Assembly (NCBI GenBank): GCA_002269645.1
Contig: NIVC01004538.1
Span: 1-42,842, forward strand
Source: Macrostomum lignano
Taxonomy: Eukaryota
Reading direction: 5' to 3'
DNA: 42,842 nucleotides
The notes under the pieces are model-generated. The model was not told the origin of the DNA, ran no database searches, and worked only from the letters and a program-made list of their open reading frames with translations. The translations under genes were made by a program, and so were the position numbers. Shown one piece after another: positions 22,101 through 42,842 of the stretch (its first letter is position 1; every line of letters starts with the position of its first letter).

Positions 22101-22553
22101 AGAATCGCCCCAGTCCCATTGAGAATCGCCCTGGTCCCATTGAGAATCGCCCCAGTCCCATTGAGAATCGCCCTGGTCCCATTGAGAATCGCCCCAGTCC
22201 CATTGAGAATATTAGATTTTTGTCACCCTGAAATCTTATTCTCACCTGCAGATGCCCTAAATTCTCGGAAGCGAGCCAGTAAAGCGTCTAGCAAATCTTC
22301 CGTCACCAAGGAGACACCAACAGTTGCGGCCCTACAAGCCAAAGCGTCTGTTGGCGAACGGGTGAAGCATCACATACCGCAGGCGGACCTGCTGTTGCTG
22401 GCCGAATTAGTTAGGCGTCACTCAGCTGACTACGAGGCCATGTCGTTGGATAGGCGAAACGCTTATCAGTTGACGCCTGGCCAGCTGCGCCAGCGAATTG
22501 CCCGAATGTCCAGACAGTTTCCCGACGTCTGGCAGAAGTACGCTGCAGTTTAG
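19051..22553 (+). CDS. NOP16: Nucleolar protein 16; exons 19051-19167, 20486-20693, 22252-22553 (208 aa)
   Basis: MGKVKKRAKRFRYHTNRKRQ, AAWQAGSSARSNFSRLGLCYDP and RHSADYEAMSLDRRNAYQLTPGQLRQRI match the Nop16 family N-terminal, middle and C-terminal motifs. Introns are GT-AG with phases 0 and 1, and they are consistent. Confidence 0.92.
19225..20360. repeat. 32-bp minisatellite (GACATCCCAACTGATAAAGACATGATGCAGTG), ~35 copies, NOP16 intron 1
   Basis: Directly visible. The first ~9 units are a distinct variant (TGTTTAAGACAGGATGCGGTG). Confidence 0.97.
20486..20693 (+). CDS. NOP16: NOP16 exon 2
   Basis: tacag|GCC...AAAG|gtgagc; phase 0/1. Confidence 0.9.
20750..22211. repeat. 21-bp minisatellite (GAGAATCGCCCCAGTCCCATT), ~68 copies, NOP16 intron 2
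   Basis: Directly visible. It is the source of the spurious IENRPSP/LRIAPVP/MGLGRFS ORFs. Confidence 0.97.
22252..22553 (+). CDS. NOP16: NOP16 exon 3
   Basis: ctgcag|AT GCC...TAG; AATAAA ~80 nt downstream. Confidence 0.92.
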
Positions 22554-24068
22554 CATGAGACTAATTACCAATGATTTGAGCGCTGTTGCTAAGAATGAAC
22601 TGCAGAATGATTGCGTGGCTCCATTTTTATCAATAAATAATGCAAGCATTTCTTCAGTTTAAGCATCATGTAATTGCAGTTTGAAATCTAACGATTTGAT
22701 TGTTTGAATTTGTGGTATTAATTATTATTTGCATGTCAGTGTACTCTGTACCTGGCTTCTGTATTTAATTATTTTATTTCGAGCAACGCTCGTAATTCAT
22801 TTAAGTAATTATAAATCATAAATCAGATGGAAGTTGATCTGACTTCATTTAAAGTATTCCTTCTAATTCCGTCGTTTGTCGTTATGCAGGGGACAGAATG
22901 TACGGACTTTGCTAGAGAAAACAACGTGAAACAATGCAAATTATGTCTGCAGAAAACTGAACTACGAGCATTTTACTTCGTACAATCCTTAATTTTCTAA
23001 TTTTCCTTAACTGCTGATAAAAACTGCAATTAAACTAACTAGGACACTTTGGAATTGGAACTATCTCTCAAGAGTAAGACCATGAAGACATGTATGATGT
23101 AGATTGTACTAGCCATAATTCAGTTATAGAGGGTTGGACTTGGATTTTCTCCATCTACATGTATACAAGTACATGTACAATCTGTAACGTCTGCACTCTG
23201 GTACCCAAGGTGCAGTAAATGAGAAAATTCAGGCTTCAGGCCAGGAGCGTCGCCACCAGGGAGGGGGAGCACAAGGGGAACATGCCAATGTTTTATTACT
23301 GCCTTACCTCGTGACCTGTTACTATTATAGAAATCGAGAATTTTGCTCTGTACTGCCAAAATGAGTGTATGTGGCTCCTAAATTCTGTTGCCGCCAAAAA
23401 CACTGATTCTCATAATAATATAGCTAGGAACTTTTAGTTTGAACTGCTTCGTTTTGTCCCCTTCCGCCATAAAATTTATAACGAAACCTCTGCTTTAAAC
23501 CTATATTACCGGATAAACAAGCTAGTAAACTTTAGAATAACGGGATTCTTTTGCAAGTCGTTGATACTAACGTTCGGTAGATAGGTAACATTTTTTAAAG
23601 CACTAGTAGAATTACTAAAGTAATTAAAAGTACAATTTAAAAAAAATTAAATGTAGTTTGTAATACAATCCTGCATAAATAATTACATTATAGAGTTGCC
23701 TTGTTAAAGTTTGTTCTTATTTGTACTCAACTTTTTGAAATCAAGCCCCTGGATTCAATTCTATATATGGCTAAAAAACATTTTCCTTTAGCACATTTCA
23801 AGCATGAACTCGTTTGTTAACTTTCGAGCCCACTTAAAACTAGCTAAATATTCGATGGAATTCATAAGATTTAACAGTTGTTAGTAAATTAGGTTATCGT
23901 CGCACCATGCCCCTTGATTTGTCATTTTTTAAATTTTATCTTCGTATAGCACAGGCATAGCCGCATAGTCTGTACTGTACTAGTACTAGTATAACCTAGC
24001 AGTCTAGTACTTGTATGTACTAGTAACAGCTAAAGCGAGTATAGTCTAGCCTTTAACTTAATATTTTA

Positions 24069-35145
<11,077 letters not shown>

Positions 35146-35261
35146 GCTGGCTTGCCGACAGCTCGTGCACTTCATCCTGCATTCTGACCTTGAAGCACCG
35201 CTGACTGCCTGTCCTTTAGCATTCTTTTCTGGCCTTAGTGTCATTTTCCTCTGCCTCCACT

Positions 35262-36300
35262 CGCCCTACCCTTCTCTCCTCTCCCTACCCTTCGCTCCCC
35301 TCTCCCTACCCTTCTCTCCTCTCCCTACCCTTCGCTCCCCTCTCCCTACCCTTCTCTCTCCCTACCCTTCTCTCCCCTCTCCCTACCCTTCTCTCTCCTC
35401 TCCCTACCCTTCTCTCCCCTCTCCCTACCCTTCTCTCTCCTCTCCCCACCCTTCGCTCCCCTCTCCCTTCCCTTCTCTCTCCTCTCCCCACCCTTCTCTC
35501 CCCTCTCCCTACCCTTCTCTCTCCTCTCCCTACCCTTCGCTCCCCTCTCCCTACCCTTCTCTCTCCTCTTCCCACCCTTCGCTCCCCTCTCCCTACCCTT
35601 CTCTCTCCCTACCCTTCTCTCCCCTCTCCCTACCCTTCTCTCTCCTCTCCCTACCCTTCGCTCCCCTCTCCCCACCCTTCTCTCTCCTCTCCCTACCCTT
35701 CTCTCTCCTCTCCCTACCCTTCGCTCCCCTCTCCCTACCCTTCTCTCTCCTCTCCCCACCCTTCTCTCTCCTCTCCCCACCCTTCGCTCTCCTCTCCCTA
35801 CCCTTCGGTCCCCACTCCCTACCCTTCTCTCTCCTCTCCCTACCCTTTGCGCCCCTCTCCCTACCCTTCTCTCTCCTCTCCCTACTCTACTCTCTCCTCT
35901 CCCTACCCTTCTCTCCCCTCTCCCTACCCTTCTCTCTCCTCTCCCTACCCTTCTCTCTCCTCTCCCTACCCTTCTCTCTCCTCTCCTTACCTTTCTCTCT
36001 CCTCCCCACCCTTCGCTCCCTTCTCCCTACCCTTCTCTCTCCTCTCCCTACCCTTCTCTTTCCCTACCCTTCTCTCTCCTCTCCCTACCCTTCTCTCTCC
36101 CTACCCTTCTATCTCCTCTCCCTACCCTTTGCGCCCCTCTCCCTACCCTTCTCTCTCCTCTCCCTACCCTTTGCGCCCCTCTCCCTACCCTTCTCTCTCC
36201 CTACCCTTCTCTCTCCTCTCCCTACCCTTCTCTCTCGTCTCCCTACCCTTTCTCTCCTCTCCCTGGATCTCTCCCCCTCTCCCTCTCCACTCTCCCTCCC
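35262..36300. repeat. Polypyrimidine minisatellite (CTCTCCCTACCCTTCTCTCTC-like, ~21-22 bp), ~47 copies
   Basis: Directly visible. Confidence 0.95.
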
Positions 36301-36981
36301 TTTGTCTCTGGCTGCAATTGCCATCGGCGGTCGTTCCCAGCAATCCCTCCGCCACAACAACGTCTTTCTTCACTGTCCATCCAACAGTTATCCTCTACGA
36401 GCTTAGCTGTCAACCAGTAAACTAATTCGCTAGATATCTGAACTGCAAAACACTTGCAGTTGCAGCTCAAGCACAGCAAATTACACTACTGCTGATAAGT
36501 AGTCTGCGATCCGCTGCAATTTAATAAAAAGTTTTTTTATTTATTTGTTTAACTTTTTGTCGCTTCCGAGCTGTTAACTTGGACCACGTTTTTTTTTCTA
36601 TTTTCTCTCGAATATCTGAATGTCGTTTAGCTGTCAACTTAGATTTGAAATATTCAAAATTTCAACAGATGTTGGGCCACTTGTTGGGTTCGAAATGTTC
36701 TGCGAAGTTGCCCGCCTTCATAGTTCTCATTCAATCGTGCTTTGTTATTGTTTGCGTATTCAATCAGCTATGAGTTGTATTTTGTTTACTCTTTTCTTGT
36801 CGCTTGATTGCTTTGCCGTCTTTCTCGATTCTCTTCTGCAAAGAAGTGTAGGATAATAAAAAAATCATTTAAGCTTTTCACAGATTTTATGATATAATAA
36901 CTGTCCTGTGCGCTACTGCTTACTAATAGACTCTTATGCAGTAGTATTGTATACCACTTGCGTACCTTTGTTTTCCCAAAT

Positions 36982-37665
36982 CTCACTGTCTCTCCCTAAT
37001 CTCACTGTCTGTTTACCCCTAATCTCACTGTCTCTCTTATCTCTCTTATCTCACTGTCTGTTTCTCTATCTCATTGTCTCTCCCTAATCTCACTGTCTCT
37101 CCCTAATCTCACTGTCTGTTTACCCCTAATCTCACTGTCTCTCTTATCTCTCTTATCTCACTGTCTCTCTTATCTCTCTTATCTCACTGTCTGTTTCTCT
37201 ATCTCATTGTCTCTCCCTAATCTCACTGTCTCTCCCTAGTCTCACTGTCTCTCTCTCTCCCTCTCTCTAATCTCACTGTCTCTCTTATCTCTCTTATCTC
37301 ACTGTCTGTTTCTCTATCTCATTGTCTCTCCCTAATCTCACTGTCTCTCCCTAGTCTCACTGTCTCTCTCTCTCCCTCTCTCTAATCTCACTGTCTCTCT
37401 ATCTAATCTCACTGTCTCTCTCTAATCTCACTGTCTCTTTCTCTAATCTCACTGTCTCTCTATCTAATCTCACTGTCTCTCTCTAATCTCACTGTCTCTT
37501 TCTCTAATCTCACTGTCTCTCTATCTCTAATTTCATTGTCTCTCTCTCTAATCTCACTGTCTCTCTCTCTCTTATCTCACTGTCTCTCTCTCTCTCTCTA
37601 ATCTCACTGTCTCTCTCTCCCTAATCTCACTGTCTCTCCCTAATCTCACTGTCTCTCCCTAATTT
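36982..37665. repeat. CT-rich minisatellite (CTAATCTCACTGTCTCTCC-like, ~19-25 bp variable)
   Basis: Directly visible. The core ATCTCACTGTCT has variable (CT)n spacers. Confidence 0.92.
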
Positions 37666-38099
37666 CTCCCGAAGCTAAATATGAATGCTCAGATTACTTT
37701 GCACTCAGTAAGACTATATTTCAACGCTTTGCCCACGCGCAGCGCACAATAGCATAAAATTTTTAAAATTGCGGTTCCCTTTGCTCCGCTATTATATTTT
37801 GTATATGCAGTTTTATATAGTTAAATGGTAATATAATAAATATTGCTAAGCAAACTCGGATTGCAGCATTTTTTCCATTTTCAAAAGCTATTGTTATTAA
37901 ATCACTGATTAGCTGTGCTAAACTGCACTTCTCAGTTACTCTGCTCTCTGTCTGTGTAGAATTTCATTTTCTGTAGTATACCAGCGAAGTAGCGAATAAA
38001 ATGTCTAGATGCCTGGTTTATTAATAACTATTATCAGAGTCAGCCAGTCAGCATCTGTCATTTGCACTTTAAAAAGATGTTGACAAGCCTTACAAATTG

Positions 38100-39385
38100 G
38101 TTGGTTTCGGGGTGTCAGGATTGGTATTAGGGTGTCAGGATTGGTATCGGGGTGTCAGGCTTATTGGAGTGTCAGGCTTGGTATTGGGATGTCAAGATTG
38201 GTTTTGGGGTGTCAGGATTGGTATCAGGGTGTCAGGATTTGTATCAGGGTGTCAGGATTGGTATCAGGGTGTCAGGATTTGTATCAGGGTGTCAGGATTT
38301 GTATCAGGGTGTCAGGATTAGTATCGGGGTCAGGCTTTGTATTGGGGTGTCAGGTATAGTATCGGGGTGTCAGGATTGGTATCGGGGTGTCAGGATTGGT
38401 ATCGGGGTGTCAGGATTGGTATCGGGTGTCAGGATTGGTATCGGGGTGTCAGGTATAGTATCGGGGTGTCAGGATTGGTATCGGGGTGTCAGGTATAGTA
38501 TCGGGGTGTCAGGATTGGTATCGGGGTGTCAGGATTGGTATCGGGGTGTCAGGCTTGGTATTTGAGTGTCAGGCTTGGTATTGGAGTGTCAGGCTTGGTA
38601 TTGGGTGTCAGGCTTGGTATTAGGGTGTCAGGCTTGGTATTGGGGTGTCAAGATTGGTATTGAAGTTTCAGGCTTGGTATTGGGGTGTCAGGCTTGGTAT
38701 TTGAGTGTCGGCTTGGTATTGGAGTGTCAGGCTTGGTATTGGGGTGTCAGGCTTGGTATTGGGGTGTCAGGATTGTATCAGGGTGTCAGGTATAGTATCG
38801 GGGTTCAAGAGTATTCATCAGGTGTCAGGTATAGTATCGGGTGTCAGGATGGTATCGGGTGTCAGGATTGGTATCGGGGTGTCAGGTATAGTATCGGGGT
38901 GTCAGGATTGGTATCGGGTGTCAGGATTGGTATCAGGGTGTCAGGATTGGTGTTGGGGTGTCAGGATTGGTATCGTGGTGTCCGGTATAGTATCAGGGTG
39001 TCAGGATTGGTATCGGGTGTCAGGATTGGTATCGGGGTGTCAGGTATAGTATCGGGGGTGTCAGGATTGTTATCGGGTGTCAGGATTGGTATCGGGGTGT
39101 CAGGATTGGTATCGGGGTGTCAGGATTGGTATCGGGGTGTCAGGATTGGTATCGGGGTGTCAGGATTGGTGTTGGGTGTCAGGATTGGTATCGGGGTGTC
39201 CGGTATAGTATCGGGGTGTCAGGATTGGTATCGGGGTGTCAGGATTGGTATCGGGGTGTCAGGATTGGTATCGGGGTGTCAGGATTGGTATCGGGGTGTC
39301 AGGATTGGTATCAGGTGTCAGTGTCAGATTGGTATCGGGGTGTCAGGATTGGTATCAGGGTGTCAGGATTGGTATCGGGGTGTCA
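38100..39385. repeat. 20-bp minisatellite (GGGGTGTCAGGATTGGTATC), ~64 copies
   Basis: Directly visible. Confidence 0.96.
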
Positions 39386-39926
39386 TCGGTAACTCGTATC
39401 GTATGCTGCAAACAGCAAAACTAGCATCTCTTGGTCACAGAATTACATGCAAATAATAACTGGCCATGTTTTGGCGTCATTACAAATGGCATTATGCAGA
39501 TAGGTGGTCAATAATTTTGTAGCAGTAAAATGTATAGATTTCAGAGATAAAATAGCCATGGCAAATGGCGCTATTGACGTTCACAGGTATTAAGGGTTTG
39601 ACACTGACTGATTTAGAGTTTAATCACGAGTGTTTAAAGGCTATATTACATCATTTACGAGTAAAAAGCATATAAATTGAGTTGATAATCAATATAATTA
39701 GGTGAGAATAATAAGGGACAGCTGAGTAGATAAACAAAGATATTTTGGCATATTCGTAGATAAATATAACACAGCTGTACGAGCTGCCCACGCGTACATG
39801 TATTTTCTAGGAACTACATTTCTTATAGAATTTTAGGAGGCAGGTTTTACCGAAAACATACATTAACATACATTAGAAAACTCAAAAATTTATTAAACAA
39901 AATTTCCATCACATTTAAAGACAAAC

Positions 39927-40159
39927 TTAACCCGATTCGTTTTCATTTTTTAGCTGAGAAATTTCAAACTCTTCGCCGTGCACAGGCGACCGCGACGGCT
40001 CCGGTTTGCCAGCCGCGACCTCCGCCCTGTGCGCCGCCTCCTGGGAGATTCGCTTCTTAGCCGCGATTCGCTGACGCGCAGTCAAAATGGCGTAGACAAG
40101 CAGCTCGATCAGCTCGCACACGGTCAGCACTGAGATGCCCGACCAGAGGCCCAGTGCGC
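39927..40159 (-). CDS. DEG/ENaC terminal exon (TM2 + C-tail)
   Basis: tacccag|GC GCA CTG GGC CTC TGG...TAA. Confidence 0.88.
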
Positions 40160-41625
40160 CTGGGTAGGGTGTTCGCTTAGTTTTTTGTTGCATATAGTCT
40201 AGCACCCTTTCAAGCCTCTCCACTAGCACACTCTATCGCCTGTTGCCCTGTGTTTTTCCACCCCCTTCAGCCCATAGCCCCACTCCACTCCCTGCCACTC
40301 TGTGTTTTTCTATCCCCTCAGCCCATAGCCACCCACTCCCTGCCACCTGTGTTTTTCTACCCCCTCAGCCCATAGCCCCACTCCACTCCCTGCCACTCTG
40401 TGTTTTTCTATCCCCTCAGCCCATAGCCCACCCCACTCCCTACCACCCTGTGTTTTTCTACCCCCCTCAGCCCATAGCCCCACTCCACTCCCTGCCACTC
40501 TGTGTTTTTCTATCCCCTCAGCCCATAGCCCACCCCACTCCCTGCCACCCTGTGTTTTTCTACCCCCCTCAGCCCATAGCCCCACGTACTCCACTCCCTG
40601 CCACTCTGTGTTTTTCTACCCCCCTCAGCCCATAGCCCCACTCCACTCCCTGCCACTCTGTGTTTTTTATCCCCTCAGCCCATAGCCCCACCTCACTCCC
40701 TGCCGCCCTGTGTTTTTCTACCCCCTCAGCCCATAGCCCCACCCCACTCCCTGCCGCCCTGTGTTTTTCTACCCCCGTCAGCCCATAGCCCCACCCCACT
40801 CCCTGTTTTTCTACCCTCTTTTTCCCATAGCCCCAACCACTCGCTGCGCTGTTTTTCTACCTCTTCATCCTCTAACCCCCCCCCCACATCCCTGTTTTTA
40901 CTCCTCACCATATAGCCCCACACCACTCTCTGTATTTAAACCTCACAGTATCATAACTTGTTGCGCAAAAAAACATCACGTGACCGCGAGCAGGCCAGCT
41001 TTCATACTCAACGCCAAGATCGGCCATCAAGTTCTTAGTAGTATAGGACGGCTCCTCGGTCATCTCTTGACCAAAGTCGCTCAAAGCCTGAATGGAGATC
41101 TTAGCCAAACTTCGCTCCACATTCTGGAGCTCGTTTGTAAACTCCAGCATCTCGTTAGCTGATAAATTGGACCGTCTAGCCTGAACCTCCTTGGTCCTGA
41201 TGTCCATGTAGAACAGATTGGCTACGCCCTTGGAGAATAGGAAATTGTAGGGATAGGACCAATCGCCCAGGCTATTGTGCAGAAAGTCCGTAGCGGAGTC
41301 AATAGTGAGGCCTGGCCAAGGATAAGTGACGGGTCTGATGGCGTACGACCTCCGCTCGCACATGTCCAGACAGAGCTGCCTGGCCTCCATCTCGTAGCGG
41401 GAGATTGAAGCCATGAGCCGCATGTAGCAGGCCTCAGTGCTCTCAATGCTGAGTAGATCCGTCTTGTCATCGAAGCAGTAGTTATAAGTTGGAAAGAATT
41501 CCACTGGTATGGGCAGGAAGGAGGGCAGGCACCCGCAGTGCCGGATGAATTTGTGCACCGCATAGGTGTTCACGCAGTCGCGCCTGGTGGCTCTCGAGAA
41601 ATGAATTGTCTGATTCATTTCGCTG
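39927..41625 (-). CDS. DEG/ENaC amiloride-sensitive channel (FaNaC-like), last two exons: ~41625-41012 and 40159-39927; 5' exons lie beyond the window
   Basis: Thumb cysteines (HCGCLP, CLDMCERRSY), EEPSYTTKNLMADLG-G-ALGLWSGISVLTVCELIE (pre-TM2/TM2 with G-x-S filter GIS), and a cytoplasmic tail to TAA. Confidence 0.88.
40245..40830. repeat. ~50-52-bp minisatellite (TGTGTTTTTCTACCCCCCTCAGCCCATAGCCCCACTCCACTCCCTGCCACTC), ~11 copies, ENaC last intron
   Basis: Periods of 52 and 50 seen at 40449/40501/40551. Confidence 0.93.
41012..41625 (-). CDS. DEG/ENaC penultimate exon (thumb to pre-TM2)
   Basis: Open frame with family motifs. The acceptor is at 41625 or 41622 and is uncertain. The donor appears non-canonical (see findings). 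Confidence 0.82.
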
Positions 41626-41704
41626 CTGCAATCAATCATTGGTGGGGGGTGCGATGCCATTGCTTCAGTATGCAGTTTTTGTGCAGTGATATCTGTAAGT
41701 TTGC

Positions 41705-42842
41705 CGTCACTTTATGCCAGGTAATTGGCGTCTTCTACTTGTAATTGCCGTCATTTTACAGGTAATTGGCGTCTTCTACTTGTAATTGCCATCATTTTAC
41801 AGGTAATTGGCTTTCTACTTGTAATTGCCGCTCATTTTACAGGTAATTGGCGTCTTCTACTTGTAATTGCCGTCATTTTACAGGTAATTGGCGTCTTCTA
41901 CTTGTAATTGCCATCATTTTACAGGTAATTGGCGTCTTCTACTTGTAATTGCCGTCATTTTACAGGTAATTGGCGTCTTCTACTTGTAATTGCCGTCATT
42001 TTACAGGTAATTGGCGTCTTCTACTTGTAATTGCCGTCATTTTACAGGTAATTGGCGTCTTCTACTTGTAATTGCCGTCATTTTACAGGTAATTGGCGTC
42101 TTCTACTTGTAATTGCCGTCATTTTACAGGTAATTGGCGTCTTCTACTTGTAATTGCCGTCATTTTACAGGTAATTGGCGTCTTCTACTTGTAATTGCCG
42201 TCATTTTACAGGTAATTGGCGTCTTCTACTTGTAATTGCCGTCATTTTACAGGTAATTGGCGTCTTCTACTTGTAATTGCCGTCATTTTACAGGTAATTG
42301 GCGTCTTCTACTTGTAATTGCCGTCATTTTACAGGTAATTGGCGTCTTCTACTTGTAATTGCCGTCATTTTTACAGGTAATTGGCGTCTTCTACTTGTAA
42401 TTGCCGTCATTTTACAGGTAATTGGCGTCTTCTACTTGTAATTGCCGTCATTTTACAGGTAATTGGCGTCTTCTACTTGTAATTGCCGTCATTTTACAGG
42501 TAATTGGCGTCTTCTACTTGTAATTGCCGTCATTTTACAGGTAATTGGCGTCTTCTACTTGTAATTGCCGTCATTTTACAGGTAATTGGCGTCTTCTACT
42601 TGTAATTGCCGTCATTTTACAGGTAATTGGCGTCTTCTACTTGTAATTGCCGTCATTTTACAGGTAATTGGCGTCTTCTACTTGTAATTGCCGTCATTTT
42701 ACAGGTAATTGGCGTCTTCTACTTGTAATGCCGTCATTTTACAGGTAATTGGCGTCTTCTACTTGTAATTGCCGTCATTTTACAGGTAATTGGCGTCTTC
42801 TACTTGTAATTGCCGTCATTTTACAGGTAATTGGCGTCTTCT
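41705..42842. repeat. 41-bp minisatellite (GTAATTGGCGTCTTCTACTT+GTAATTGCCGTCATTTTACAG), >=27 copies, runs off the window
   Basis: Directly visible. The unit is a dimer of related 20/21-bp halves and is nearly invariant. Confidence 0.97.

Noticed and set aside
19440-22553. Long ORFs of 284-652 aa (MSTASCLYQLG..., IENRPSP/LRIAPVP, MGLGRFS)
   Set aside because: They are translations of intronic minisatellites. Several frames and both strands are open because the units lack stops. The flanking NOP16 exons splice cleanly around them.
23240-23285. GC-rich CAGGAGCGTCGCCACCAGGGAGGGGG resembling a DNA-transposon terminus
   Set aside because: No matching inverted end or TSD was found.
36310-36870. 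Short unique GC-moderate stretches and small ORFs between arrays
   Set aside because: No recognisable motif or consistent splice pairing; probably 3' UTR or intergenic.

Overview
This window is eukaryotic (animal) genomic DNA, not prokaryotic. GC-rich exons, short unique intron ends and about 17.5 kb (about 41%) of 19-52 bp minisatellite arrays resemble the free-living flatworm Macrostomum, but that assignment is inference only. From left to right: (1) A full-length APE/RT/RNase H non-LTR retrotransposon (Loa/Lian-like, minus strand, 310-6058) sits inside the RNase H motif of an older relative, with a 12-bp target-site duplication. (2) A heavily decayed piggyBac transposase lies in a CpG-depleted block. 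(3) Three plus-strand spliced genes follow: a divergent NR1I/J (HR96/VDR-like) nuclear receptor (3 exons, 448 aa), NOP16 (3 exons, 208 aa) and a UBASH3/Sts-family histidine phosphatase (8 exons, about 726 aa). (4) A CACTA/CMC-like MITE is nested in a dispersed repeat. (5) The last two exons of a minus-strand DEG/ENaC (FaNaC-like) channel end the gene content. Nearly all long ORFs in the supplied track between 10 and 42 kb are artefacts of tandem repeats. I found no clearly new protein-based system. The best candidate for an unexplained phenomenon is architectural: 11 of 13 introns are filled by their own minisatellite, neighbouring arrays share core motifs, and one 28-bp family occurs in two introns of the same gene. 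Exon models were built by hand from homology and splice-phase consistency and need RNA-seq confirmation.
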